DNA of 64,000 nt from Ptychomitrium polyphyllum. Its lineage: Eukaryota. The DNA lies in the NCBI GenBank assembly GCA_973851085.1, contig OZ316775.1, positions 12,276,001 through 12,340,000 of the forward strand, written 5' to 3'. A program made the position numbers and the translations under genes. A model generated the notes under the pieces. It saw nothing but the letters and a program-made list of their open reading frames with translations, made no database searches and was not told where the DNA came from. This document shows positions 1 through 14,900 of the stretch, in pieces; the first letter of the stretch is position 1, and every line of letters starts with the position of its first letter.

Positions 1-1619
1 GATCATTGTTTAGGTAGCGGACACTTAACGCAATTATTGCCACTTTGAAAATGCATACAAAAAAACCACCTTCAAGCTTCTATAAGTACAAATCCAATTT
101 AAGCTAGTTTGAAGACTCAACAATACCAAATGGTGGTTCCAACTAGAAGCTAAGCTGAAATTCCAATTGTAAGATTTTCTCCAAGAATCACTACTTATAG
201 GCTAAGTTAATTGTCCATCATCAATTACATAAGGTTATAAATGGAACCATCTCCAATTATTGAGGAAACCAATAGTTAAACCTTACTAAAGCATTAAAAA
301 TCCATCAAATCAATTTTAATTGCTAGAAATGATAATTGGAGTAGTTTAAGGTCCAAACTTTTAATTTCATTCCATAAATGAACAATAAGGATATGAATGT
401 CCATAGTATTAAACAATCAATAAGCTTGATTAATTATCATTAATTTATTTTAAGCAAATTACATATTAGATAGAATTGTAGGCCAAATAGTATGATTAAC
501 ACCATGTTTAAAACGTTTTTTGGTTTTAATATGAGCTCTTAGAGTTAAGGCCAATTATTATTGGATAGAAAATAGTTGATAAACAAGTTTTGCTAAGAGA
601 TTTGAAGATCCTAGTTTATGAAGATTGGTAGCAAAAATATTGATAGTATTGATTAAGGAATACTCTATAAATTCAGTCTAATTAAAAAAGAAACACAAAG
701 AACTAAGTTATATAGATTAATAATTATCTCAAAGAATAAAATACCTTACAAGGAATATGAAATGAAACAAATGATCAAAAAGAATTAGATACAACCACAC
801 TAATCAAAAAGAAGTAATTTAATATTATCAAGGAATATTTTATCAAAAAAAAATATACCACATCCTCAATTCTCTTGGTTGAGGGTTTAAATACTATATT
901 TTAGATCCTATAACTCTAGTTTTACATCCATTATCTAAATTAATAGAAAATAGACTAACAACTATCATTGAATGGTACTGATAGGAAAGTTTGGTAGTAC
1001 CGAGTAGAAGACCTAGTAGACTGGTAACATTTAGCTTGAGCTTTAATCCTCCACTTGTATTGAAGGCAATATTTCCAAAAAGAGAAATAATGTTAACAAA
1101 AAATCTAGTTGAGTTTGTAATTGATTAAACAATTTCTTTTTTTTAGGTCACTTCTAGACTTCCATTTATTGACTTTGCAACCAATTATCTTTGTTTTATT
1201 ATATTAATACCTTTGAACTTGTAGCTGCTAATATTAGCCGCCATTTCTAAAATTCTTGAAAGAAATATAAGAGCAAAAGAATCTCTCATATAGAACTATT
1301 TTATAAATAGATTTTTATTAATTGAAAATAAGAGACAAGGGAGATAAGGCATAGAAGAAAAGATAAGTTGTAATTCAAAGAAGAAAATTGTTGTTGTTGT
1401 AGATAAGACCATTTAATAAATAATGCTCATTATTTATAATTTTTGCAATTAAAATTTATTATATTTTGACTAAATTACAAAGTTAATTTGTAAGCTAAGT
1501 AGAGGGATTTTTAAGGTTTTCTAATATTATAAGGCTGAATAAAAAGGCCCATTAAGTAACTATAGCAAATTTAACTAGCAAATATTTTGGTGGATAACAT
1601 TTCTTTTTATTAAAGTGCT

Positions 1620-2631
1620 ATTAAAAGAATAATAAATATAATTATATGGGTATGGCTTTTTCTACTTGGATTTTTTCAATATATGTAACCTCATCATGAT
1701 CTATGCTTTACTTGAATGGATTAGTGGCTTTCAATTAATTATTTTAAAAACCATTGATGAAGCTTCTTTAGTATATTCTTAACACATTATAGACACGTTA
1801 AATAAAGACAACACCTAATGGTCAATATACTCTATTTGTACTAGCTAAATTCTAATGAATTCTACAACATTCTTGGGTTTAGTGTTGGAGCAATTGTTTA
1901 TAGCAATCTACAAATATTTCAAAGAATAAAGTATGATCCAAGCCAATTATTCCCTTCAACTTTAATAGATGATATTTGTATAAGATACAACATTCATACA
2001 AAGTAAAGGTGGAATTAATTTTATTAATCCGACTTACATTTTTAGACTTGTGACAAAGTGGATTGATAAGTCAAATAAATCTAGCACTTCCAATCTTCAT
2101 TTAACGCTTTCAATATCTATTAAAGCATTTTTGTTGTAAAGCACAAGGAACAATGCACTTAATTTAAAAAACTTTATTCTATTTTAAATTCAAAAAAAAT
2201 GAAGGAGTTGAAAGCTTAGAATAGAATTTTATAGTCTTTGGAATCATTAGTAACTAAATTCTCATCAAAGATGCCCACAAACTTTGAAGAAGCAATAAAA
2301 AAATCATTTGGCATTCATCATTTATCATAATTATAGGCCCCAAATTTTTTTAAAGCAAGGACAACAAAGCTACATGGTAGGATCATACTATTTATAAGAT
2401 ATTTAACGCAATTTGCCTCAATTTACATAATCAAAGTTGGAATGAAGTTTGAACTTGAATATAATAAGACTATGGCTTGGAATAGTGCAATTACCTTATG
2501 CAATGGTATATGAAAGGACATGCTATATAGAATTGATCTTTTGTTCCAATTTTGAAGAACAATTTTATGATTTAATGGTGGAGAAGATGGGCTTCCTTAA
2601 GATTTGTGGGTATTTGGTTACTCAGATTTAA
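1620..2631 (+). mobile_element. Highly decayed L1-type LINE ORF2 (RT C-terminal region) remnant
   Basis: Broken frames give TTFLGFSVG (about 1862-1888, like the YLG motif) and DDIC...QSKGGINFIN (about 1968-2028, like the L1 W..IC.PK..GGLG motif). Many stops, very AT-rich. Boundaries approximate. Confidence 0.35.
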
Positions 2632-2776
2632 TTGCCATATTTCTTATCCTAAGTAATTTACATTAAATCTAGCTGTATGTAAGAAAGAGAAGGAACAGCA
2701 CTTAATTGTAGGACGATAGACAATTTGAAAAGAATTAGAGTTACAAATGAACTCTTTTCAAAGGTGTAATGCTTTT

Positions 2777-2928
2777 TCATGGAATTAAATTGGCTGATGG
2801 CGACATTTGCTTGTGTATGTTGTTTGTATCTTTAAGTGTCTGATCCTTCTCTTGGTCACACAAGATGCTCACTTTTTCTACCACCTCAGTTGGGCGTGGT
2901 TTTGTCCTTGAGTCTTGGCAATTAGATT
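2777..2928 (-). CDS. Gene A terminal exon, (E)SNCQDSRTKPRPTEVVEKVSILCDQEKDQTLKDTNNIHKQMSPSANLIP*
   Basis: Acceptor ttgaacag. 152 nt = 2+150, ends in TGA. Phase matches the preceding exon. Confidence 0.6.
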
Positions 2929-5900
2929 CTGTTCAATTAATTAATTAACTAATTAATTAATTAAACACACACCTCAAGCCACCCAAATAGAATAAATAAA
3001 TGAAACTAAAAACCTTAACCTGACCTTGGTGTAATGACACCACTGTTTCCTGTATTTACTGCATTCACTGCCTACACAATCTCAAGAGAGAATCCTACTG
3101 TTCATATTTTTAACATCACATGGGTCTACCATGCTAAGTAAACCATAGGTAAACCCACAGAATCTACTAATGATAGAAGTTTACTGTTTTTTATTGAATA
3201 TCTATACATAATGCATATGGACTTCAGGTTCATAAAATTTGATATGTAATTTTGAGCACCTTACATGAGTTATCAAAGTTTGAATTGTTAGCCAACCAAG
3301 TATTTTCTATATTGTATGTTCTTTAACAGCTGTACATGTAGCATTAGGGGGAGATTGAGTTTGTTTGCAGTGGATCTGAAAATGAAGGCAATTACTTCTC
3401 TGCAAATGATGTCCACTAAAGACCCTCGTTGGCCTGTGAGTCCAACTTTTGGCTGGCAACTGATTCCAAGGAAACCACTCATGCCTGATTCTGTAAAAAT
3501 GTTCCTACCAGCCAATCTGAACCCTTAATATCTGAAATTTGCTTTTGCTCATCTAAGCTCATTGTACTTTCCTGTGGCACCTCGGAACACCCTCTCTCGA
3601 AAAGACTCATTCCTCTAAAAGCTACTATTTCATTGTTAAAACCTTGTTCTATTATATGTTTAAGGGAATTTGTATGCCAAGTCATTAAACTAGAGTCATA
3701 TCTTTATGCATTCATGTTTACATGTAACTGTTACATTTATTATTGTTTTCTGTTTCCAAAATGAAAATGAGTTGTTTCAATTGTTAAAGAAAGTTATACT
3801 TAAGGTGGTAACTTGGTGTATCAATTAGTGATTAAAAATGTTGAATTCTTTGAAGTTTGAGAATTCAAGGATGCAAAGTTTGGAATAGTCCATTTGAAAC
3901 AAAAGTTGGAAGGAGGACTACGTTCAAAAGGAAAGAATTCAAAATGTCTCCATCTAATATGTGAAGTATTGGTGTTTATATTTACTCTATTAACCAATCA
4001 AAACATTATTTTCATATACCAATTTCTATAAATAAAAAAAATCTACTCATTCCACCTATATTCACCAATCCCATGAAAAACTAGTCAACTCCAATTTTGT
4101 CATTGAATTTAAGTCAATTGATATGCAAAACTAGTCAACTCCAATTTTGTCATTGAATTTAAGTCAATTGATATGCAGTATCTGATAATGACTTCAAAGA
4201 TAATATAGCTATTAAACTTTGAATTGAAATATGCATATATGAATGTTTTATAATTTGATTCATTACTACAATAATTCACCTCCAATCTATTTAAAATTTT
4301 GTTTCCTTGGATTTCAACAAACTTATTTCATTTATTCAAGGTCTAATGGTTGACTAATTTGTTCATGTGTGGAAGCATAAGTATTAAATGCTTCATAATA
4401 ATTGATGGCACTCACAAATATACTACTTTTTGCCATTGACTTTGACATTGAATGACTTCAATTTGCAAAAAGGATGCTTAGGTTGACATATCATGTTTCC
4501 ATATGTAAAGTCTTTACACTCAAGTTTTAATAACATCACTTACAGCTCAAGGTCAGGAGAAGAACAACAAAGATCAACCATGCACAAGTTTTAATAACAA
4601 ATGTTTTTGAACATTCCTGTGAATCTGTTTTCCTAGAGAACAAACAATACTGAGAAAGTCACTTATGGATCTTAAAAATGTACACCAGCATTGCATTTGG
4701 ACATATACTATGTTAGATTGCAATTTGAGCAACCATCCTGGGCTTTGCATCAGATCAAATGAGTCACTCTACTGCAAGTTCTCTTTTCTTTACAGACTCT
4801 GTAAGTACAGTACTTAGGTGCTCATGGTCTGCAATGTACATACTTGACGGCCACTGACTCAAGTTGTTACTATTGATTATGCTGAATTTCTTCTCTGCTG
4901 CCTTTTGGAAAGCTGGATCTCAACCCTCAAGCTGTTTTTCTTTGACAGCAAAAATGCCTGTGTTAGTTCAGCATTGTCTGCATTTGAGTATCACCTGATG
5001 CCTTTAGAAACTGCTTGATTCCGTAATCTTATAACTGAATAGTCTATGTTCATGGGGGTTTCCCACCAGCTTAGAAGTGCTGCACTGCAAGTGTAACAAG
5101 TGCATAACATTCTTTACAAAGGGGAGCCTCATCCTTTGGTGATAGGTATCATGAGTATCAAAATGTAGTTCTGCATTAGACAAAGTACATAATAAAGATC
5201 GTTCAACCCCCTTGATTTTAGTGTAACCATTGTATTTGCTTATAAAGAAAATGTAATGTGAAGTTTGAGGTGAGAAAACTATAGTTGTTACACCATATAA
5301 GGTGAGAAACCAAATTCCAATACAGGAGAAAAAATTAATTGGTCCTCATAGATTCTTGCATAAATAAAGCATCATTTTTCTTTTATACCTTAAAAGTACA
5401 ATGTCTCTTTTCTTTGGATGTGCTAGATATGGTGGTAATTTTCCAAATTAATCTCTATAAGCATCAACTTACAAATCTTGTAACCTTTAATGATTAAACT
5501 TTGAAAAAAAGGTTTATTCTTTGATCAGTTTAAGAATTTAGTTATATACAATGTTGAATTGGATGCCAAATCCAGCTCTAGTTTTTATAATAAAAATCTT
5601 AAATAAATCCTCGTACAATAAAGTTTTGGAAAGGATTTTGATACACAAAGGTTCAATTTTGAACACCTTGTGCTTTGTAAAATTAAAACTATTTCTTGAC
5701 ATTGCAAAATCGTTTTAGGATACATCAATCTTTTCTTATGATTTTGTTTTATACCAATATGGTTTTAAAAAAATTATGTTCAACAAAGATTTAATTAAAG
5801 TTATTGTACTAGAATAAGTATATTAATAAAATTTCAACCTCAAAGCATTACTAGTCGAATTCTAGATTTATTTTTTAAAATTAAAACATCACAATGAAAC

Positions 5901-8900
5901 AAAATGAAACATCACAATCGGTCATGAACATCATCTACAAATTTTTAGAACCTTTCATATTCTTTCACATCTTCCTATGAACTTTTGAAACTTTTATAAT
6001 CCTTTAATATCTTCTATGGTCTTTTAAAAACATCTATATACTTTTGGAACCTTTCATTAATTTCCAAAAAATTTAACAAAAGTTTTATAAACTTCTAAAA
6101 CTTTTTAAAAGCTTGTCTATGACCTTCCATAGAAGATTGCATGGAATGTAGGCTCCATAATCTAAGGGAGAGGCAAAGGTGAAGGGTGCCTCATGTCTTG
6201 GCAACACAAGATATGAAGCAAATTATAATGTTACTTTATTTTAGTTTTGGAAAAACATTCTTGATATTAAAGTGATCTGTGCCTTCTTTTTTCATAAGAA
6301 TCTCCTATATTTTTTCTAATCTATTGTCTTGCATTTATAACTAATTGGCACAATTTCAAATTTCATCCTCGTCACTTACAACATATTTACTATATTTTGT
6401 GCAATTGATGTTCTCAAGGTTCTTTACCATTTACACTTAGAACTAATGATGTTTCATACTAAATTGTTCCAATGAAAAACAATGCTTTAAACAATATAAA
6501 ATAAAACTCTCAAGATGACTTCATTCTACTTGCAGAAACACAACACTGAATCTTCTGGAGCACCAGGAACTACACAAATGAACTTTCATCTCAGGACACA
6601 CAGTGTAGAGAACATTTCAATTCAATGCTTGAAAAGCATACATATGTTGATCACTCTATGCATTAATCTGAGTGTTCTATTCCTAAACTTGTGAAAGTTA
6701 GAGGGTTTTCAACCTTGCAATGAAGTCCAAAAATGAATTATCCTTCTTTTAAATTCCATTGATTCTCCAATGCAGCCAAGCAAATGCAGTTACTATATTC
6801 AATTGGGCTAGTATCTAACATGCATACACAATACTTCAATGTGGATGTGATCCAATATTTTTCTCCATGTGTTTTTTGTTACTTTACAATCCAATAATTT
6901 TGCTTCATGTCTTATAAAGGACCTAACAAGATCTGCTTTCTACATTACTGTGGATCACAGTTTCAGAACATCATCCAACATTCCTTTGGTATGTGGAATA
7001 TTTTTACAATATAGAATAATGTCGTGCATTGTTTAAAAGGAGTCTTCTAAATTCTCAAATTTCCACTTTAGAGAAAATTATTTATTATATTTGAAACTAT
7101 CTATTCAATTTCCAAAATATACATGTAACACCATCTCTTTCTGAAAAGCACATGAAGTATGTATACTGCACGCTGCATTAAATTGCAATTTAAAATTCAA
7201 ACTATATAAGCCATCTCTTTTTGAGGTTGAAAATTATTGACCTCCATTTTGCATCTTATGACTCTTAGGTTGGTTATTATTTTGAAAAATCTTTCAAATT
7301 GCATGTCAAGTTTAACACAAATTATGTTATAATTTTCTGTTGTTGTAGGCCAAATCATATGACTAGAAATTTACCACCACCACAGGTTCTTAAGTATGTT
7401 CATAACATTATAGAAAAATAATTAATCTTCTATTTTTAAATATGATAAGTGGAGATATGTGTTCAAAATTTCATTAAACAAAATTTTAATTTCATGGATT
7501 TTTTCTATTTTAATTTCTTCCTAGAAGGTATATCATTATATTATAAAGGATCTACCTTGCAAAAAAAAAGTAATTTTATACTACCAATCCATGTCCTATA
7601 GACATACACTCAAGGTCTTGAGCAAGAATACACCTCATTTATGAGAAAATCATTTGTTCACTCATCCATCATTTCTTTCTTTGTATTGATCAAATTTTCA
7701 ATATAAATATGAAATCTATTCGTAAAATTTCTTCAACAAGGAAAAAAGGGAACTCCATACTTTAATAAAACTTAAAGTTAAGCAATAATAGCCCATTACC
7801 ACTACAAATCCTTGGCCACCAATCACAAAAAAAATAGAAATTACCATGTGGATTACCATTAAGCACCAAAATCTTATCATTGGTAATTTGAGCTTGGTGA
7901 ATGATGGTAAAGAATTAAATTTGGATGAAAATGGGATCATAGAGTGGTGGTAATGGAAAGCAAGATAAATTTACAAAATCATGAAATGATAACATGTAGT
8001 GGCACAAATTTGATGTATAGTGATTATTAAATAAGATTTGAATATTTTATGCATTTTTGAAGTGGTGATTATTAGTTGTTGTTGTAGTTAATGGAATACT
8101 CATGTTTTGGGCTTCCTTAAGTTCATTAATAACTCAAATTTTATCACAAAATATATTTTCATTTCCATTGGACTTCGAAGCTTACTTTCTATCCACCAAT
8201 AGTTAATGAAATTCTTGCTACTTTTGCAAAAGGGGGCGTTTGTTATTGTGTTGCTAATGGTCTGTTCCATCTTAGTACTGAGATATCTTCAACTTTCAGT
8301 CAAAAATCAAGTAATGCCAGTGTGCAAGACTGATGGAGGACTAGCAGACTCAGTGCAGCAGGTCCTGGTTCATACGAAATCGAAGCTGCCCATATAAATT
8401 AAAATATTCCTCTTTCCTGTGCCAGTTTGTAACAGAACCATCCAGCAGCCTTCTGAGCGATGTAATCAAATGGGTCTGAGAAGCGAAAGGCCGCCAATGT
8501 GAGACTCAAAGGTAATGTGCCATAAGTTACTACAGTTTGGGCAGGCTGGGGCTGAGTGACCGCAAGCTAATCTGAAGGTTTTCTGTCAGCTGGAATGAAT
8601 GAATGTACAGTTCTTCTGTTGCTTGCTCTTTAAGACAACAATTATCCTGATTGCATCAGATGCCATCTAGTAACTTTCAGAAGCTGCCCAGCATTCACTA
8701 TTGGAAGTCACAGGTACTGCCCGCTCTCATCAATGCCTCTTGTCTCTTGTGCTTGGCTCATAGCCCTTGTCATAGCTTCCTGCCCAAATGCAATAGGATA
8801 AAAGCCCATACTTTTCTTTTGCAGGCTTTGCACAAGTGCAATAAGAACCTGGTTGTATCCTGTCCTAGCCTAGTCACGTGCATTGTGAACCTATTTAAAC

Positions 8901-11900
8901 CTTGTTATACAGACCAGGTCACAATTGCCATGGCCAATAAACACGTAAGTTTCGACCCGTTTTACTAGAGGTGGCAACCAATGTTGTGTTGTGCAGGTAG
9001 ATAGGTTTTACATGGATATAAAAAACAAAAATGGTATCAATACATGTTACAATATTCATATTGAGAAAATTAGGACAGACCCTAACAGTTTGGATAACCT
9101 GTTGAATAATACTTAAAGCAATACCCTATCTAATGGATATTCAACAAATGATATCCCCTATGATACAGTTATGTTAAACTTTTAGTTTGACTTTCTTTTC
9201 TCCAAAAATTAATCAGAATATTTATTTATTCTTATTTTCTTAAGTTTGATTAATTTGAATTATAATTTAATATTTAAAAGAAACATATCTACAAATTTGT
9301 CATTTGACTTATCATTTCCAAATGCAAAAGTTGGACTAGTTGGACTAACACTACACAAATTGAACTAAAACTATTGATCTATCATATAAAAGTAAACTTA
9401 AGCTATATTTTTGCACAAAATTTAAGTTGAATTTATATAAAGATGAATTAAACTAAATTGGACAAAAAAATTGAAGGTTATATTTTCCTTAAATATCAAT
9501 ATATATAATTTATCCAAAATTAAGTATTTGGAATCATTAAATTTTTGTTTACATTTTTTGATTGATTAATTTTTTGTTTGAAAATGAAAGTAATAGGACA
9601 TTTAAACAACAATTTTTATCTTCTAGATTCTAATTCTTCTTCTTCTATCATTTAATAATCAAATTTATGCATCATTTCATAAGATACAATACAATGTTCA
9701 TTATTAAATTAATTCAATTGGAAAAAAGACAAAAAACTTATTTAAAAAAATATTGTTAAGATGTATGTTAATTTTGATATCAATATAATCTTATTCTTAA
9801 TCTTTTATGTAATTATATGATTTTAGAAGTACTCTTATTTTGAACAAGTTGGATATAAGAATTAGAATTTCTTGGTGTAAATACTATTGTGAGGGGAAAA
9901 AGTTTCCACCACTTATAGAAGATGGATTTATTAAAGAATTGGAAATTTTTATACCAATGCAATACCTATAGTTTAGGTACAAGAGAAATTTGAATATCCA
10001 TATTTAGATGGTAAAAAAACTATTACATCCACAATACTAATAGTAAGCTTAACATTTTTTTTGGCAAATTTTATCAAATTCCAAAATATTAAAAAAAAAA
10101 GTGGCTAAAACATTAAGAAAATCAACTTCATTTTGCCATAATGCAATATTGTTAAGCTTACAGCCCAGCAATCTTAGAATAAATCAAATAAGCTTCAAAG
10201 ATTCATAATTTTTAATCTTTGTAATTTATCCACATAGTGATTTAATAATATATTTTAAAGTATGTTGGAATTCTTCTTGTCATGTCAATATGATTCAAAG
10301 AAGAAAATTTCAATTTAGTATTAATAATTATTTCCAATTGTATATAAGTCACAATTATGAATGTTATTGCCTTGAAAATAATCAGTCCTACATGATTGCC
10401 TTTCATTTTATGATATAGTGAATGAAATCACCAAATTTTAGATAAAATAGTACACACATATGGATGTACAAACTTCTTTTATTTATAATATGGATGAATG
10501 TAAAATATGTTGTTTTACTGTGTTATTTTAAATTGCTCTGGTGACATTCAGTTATTTAAATAGGCAGATTAAGGTGCAATTATCATATCTTTTCCTTCTG
10601 ACTGTCCTGTGCTCTTTCATTGAGACCTTTGATGGATCATTATTAAACATGGTTGAGTGACATTTGACCAGTGAGGCTATGTATAGTAATGTAGAAGCAC
10701 AATCACATTTTGGAAATAACATGCTTTGTCATTTCCAAGGTTTGGAAGTGTTGTTTTTCATAACAAAACATACATTATATGTCTTTTAAGAGTATTTTAA
10801 ACATTCCTCTGATTCATTGTTTTTTATGTTTTATATTTTTTGGAAATGGAGAAACATTCTTAAATTCAAAAAGTTATTCATAAAAAATAAAAAGGAGAAA
10901 CTCACTATGTAATTCCAATAGAATGTCATGTGGCTTTGTCTCAATCATAGTGGCTACCTCATTGTCATAATCTATGGGCAATTTTGTAATTTTGTAATTT
11001 TGTAATTTCTAATATTTTAACAAATAATACGTCTGAAGTACGTTTTTTCTTCAATTTGGACGCTGTAACTTGTATCCACAAGGTATGCAACAAATCTATA
11101 CCTTTTTAGCTAAATATTAATGGAGATTTTATCTTTACCTCAATCAAATTACAACTGTTATTATACTAATAACAGTGATATCCAAAATTTGATCAGGAAG
11201 CCTACTGGTTGTCTCCCCATCTATTTGTACACTTTTCCAATCCATAAATCTTGATTTATTTAAAATCCTATTAGTTTCTCTGTGGATGACATCAGCACAT
11301 TGTCAGTTGAGCCTTAAAGGGTTAAGTTAACTTGTATTCATACTGAAACGTTCGCCAAATGGTTGTGGTTTAGCCATGTATTGCAAACGTAGATCCATGA
11401 GCTTGTATCACCTGACTTCTCACAGATGGTCTAGTGCAGACAAAGTAAATGGTATGATGTATGGAGGAGCTGGTATTTGAGGTGACAAGGGTTGTCCACA
11501 AGGTCCATACTTATCTTGGTGTAAACCTAAAGGCATGGACGCAAAGCAATCCAATCAGTTTACGCAAGAGACATGGTCCCATACTTGTGCATGGATAAGT
11601 TGCAGAGTGGTATAAGGGCCTTGGCAATTGATTGACTAGAGATTGCAGTGTTCAACACCAATTAGCTGCAATTTGCTAATAATGTAGTAAGGAGGATACT
11701 TACATTTAAAGCATAATTTGGCAGAGTGCAAAACATATTGGTCCTCATTTCACCAATGTTGGTGGATATGCAAGTATCAACCAACATTAGTGCTTCAAGA
11801 ATTTGGATTTCCTTAGCAAATAATATGCATACCAACATGCAAATACCTCATTATGAGGCATCCCACAGATTGGTTTGAGAATCACAATAACTTGCATATG

Positions 11901-14900
11901 AAGACATTAATGAGGTACTTATACTGTAATATACCATGGGTAGATATGACTTATCTTGTGTCTACTAATCCCCTTGCATAGCTGCAAAATCCTCAGGATG
12001 TATAACAGCAATAAGAATCTAGGTGGAGCTGCTCCTGACCAGGAACTCTGAGCCAGGTTTGCAGTGATATGGCAGCAAGGCCGACAACACCTCTGCCTCT
12101 TTTGGGAGCAGATTGTTGTCCACGTTATTGGTTTGATTAGGCAACTAGTCATATGATAATCACCACTTGTACTAATCCACCAGTAAGTGTCCTTAATTAT
12201 CCAGAGCCTAGTACCTCTCCTTAAGAACCACGGCTCCACATGCATTTGTAGATATTCTTGTTATAAGTTACAAGCTACCTTTTATTGCCCAGTTGAGCAC
12301 TATGTGCTCACTGAATCATTAAGTATTGTAGTCGCATAAAATCCATAGGAAATGAAGGATTCAAGTCACAAGGTTGAGATGTGTGAAATTTTGGTTTAAA
12401 GTTGATAAAATTTTGATTTTAAATGATATATTGCCAAACCAAACTGATTTTATTTATGAAACATAATTTCAACTAATGTTGAATTTTTCAATGAATTCTT
12501 GAATATGAAATATTTCAATTTAAATCCTATAAATCAAATCCTTAAACTATTTTACAAAAACAAAAACAAAAAAAATTATGGAAATTATTGTATAATTCTT
12601 AACCATTAGAAAGAAGATAATTCTTGAATTAATACAACACATGATTTGATATTTGTATGCATCATCATTTTTGAAAAATAGATTTATTGCATTAAAATAT
12701 AAAATAGGTGTCATTTCTTTTATCATGTATGGATGATTAAAGCATTATTACAATCAAAGCTAATACTACAAAGATGAAATTTTTTTGAGTTTATTTTTAA
12801 TGCATGTCATAAGTTTTCAAGAAATCTATATTTAATTGACAAACATTACTTTTCTTAAGACTTTTGCTCACTACAAGCTTTATAACATGTATTAAGTTAC
12901 CTACTCCAAAATTAACTTTGTTTTGACGACATATGATGTCTTTTACCATAAGAATACAATTATTGTTTTACGTTTTTTACACGTCTTTTAAAAATCTATC
13001 AACTTCCAATTATGTACTTTTTGTTTCTTTTTCCTCAAAATTCATCACTTTTGATAAATTTTTTATTAACCCTTATTATAAAATTATCTTCATAACAAAA
13101 AATAACTATATATTTATAAACCACTTTTGTAGATTTTGACATATATTGTTGAAATGCTGTATGACTTATCATTGCAAGGAATTTTAATTGATAGCTATTA
13201 TATTTAAAGCATTTATTTGCCAATGTAAAATCATTAAAGTTCCATTAATCTATTACCACAAACAATATTATCTTTTTATTAATAATATAATAAACATCAT
13301 ATTTACAATAGCCAATCCATTTTTAGGTTCATTCTAAAAATAAAAATGACTAAAATTACAAAATGAAATAGTGATAATAATGATTTATTTATTTTTTAAA
13401 TGCTTGGAAGAATTTGATTGAAGGATCAAACTAGAAAAATCCAACACATCAATTTGAAATAATCAAAATTTAATCCATAAAATTAAATTTTAAATATTTA
13501 AAAAGAATTATCTTTTATAATATTTAATACATGCCAATTCTAAATGGAATTAGATACAATTAAAATTAACATTATTAAAGGTTTGAATTATAGTTATGAA
13601 ACTTAGACATTGCTAAGATTTTATTCACAAGTTATTCAAATTCATATTATTTTATTCAAATTCAAGTTATTCAAGTTATTGAATCTAATGTTTAGAACAT
13701 CAAATTTCAACACATTAAGATATCTTTAAAATTGTCTATAAACTTTATTGAAGTATAAATCTCGATTTTAGTCATTAAGTGGAAATTAGGAATTTTTTCT
13801 AATCTGATATTCAAAGCCTTGATTTTCATTAATCTCAAAGTTAGTTTAAATTTTTTCCAAATTCATTAAAATTATATATTTCTTTTTTAAAAAAGTCCTC
13901 ATTTTTTCAAGGTAAAAGTTCTTAAATCCAAAAAAATTATATTCTTGTTCTATTAGTAGAAAGTACATTACAAAATTTATGATAAGAATGTAATATAAAC
14001 AATGAATGTTAACAGTCTAATGTCAAAATGAAAGAATTTTCATACGGCCAACTTTTCTTGCATACATAAATTAAATGATGTGTTTTTATGTACATGAATT
14101 ATTCTAAAGGAAAGTGGATTTCTTATAAGTGTTCTCTGTCTTAAGAAATTCAAATTTAATTTTTTTTTTGGCAATTTAGTGTAAAAATGTCAAGTTGCTA
14201 TTGTCAGAATGAAAAATCAAGATGGTTGCAGATAAATATAGTTTACATGAACTTTTAGCACTTTAATAATAAAAAGATAAACTAAACGAATGTTATTCAA
14301 AATGCTAGAATAGTATTAAAAATTGTGTTTCAAATCATTTTCTTTTATAATTGTATTTGTGCAATATTGTTTCAAATTGTGAATGAGGTATACAAAATTT
14401 AAATGAGATTTGAAGCAACTCTGATTATTTTGATAACAAATTTGTCAAACTAAACTTTTGATAAAATAGCAATTTAAAACAAGTAAAGAAGATACAATTT
14501 CATATTAGATCTAATCATAAAGATAGATCTTTATTTTATTTGCATGCAATCTGTAAGAAGCCTAAACTTCATAAACTTCTCATAGTATTCTATTTAGTAT
14601 ATATTAATCTTGAAGATTAATCTAAAAATATTTAAGAATATTATTTCAAAAGTGGTATGTATTTAATTTAGTATGGAAGAGAAATTTACATACACCTCCA
14701 ATTTAGAAATGTTACTTGGTGGAAAAAAATTAAATACGCCATATTCCATTATATAATCAATTATATATGATTTGTTGAAGTCTTAGACTTAAACAAATTA
14801 ATAGATAAAAGTGTATTCAAAGTGAAGCATTCAAAGTGTAGATTTAGAAAACAAAAATGTTACTATTTTTAATAATAAATTCTAAAATATTAATTACAAC

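Noticed and set aside
3372..3435. Plus-strand exon candidate (DLKMKAITSLQMMSTKDPRWP) with good splice signals
   Set aside because: It has no in-phase + strand neighbours, while the minus-strand reading joins four exons to a stop.
11919..12245. 108-aa minus-strand ORF as a standalone gene
   Set aside because: The composition is implausible. It is better explained as small exons in other frames plus introns.
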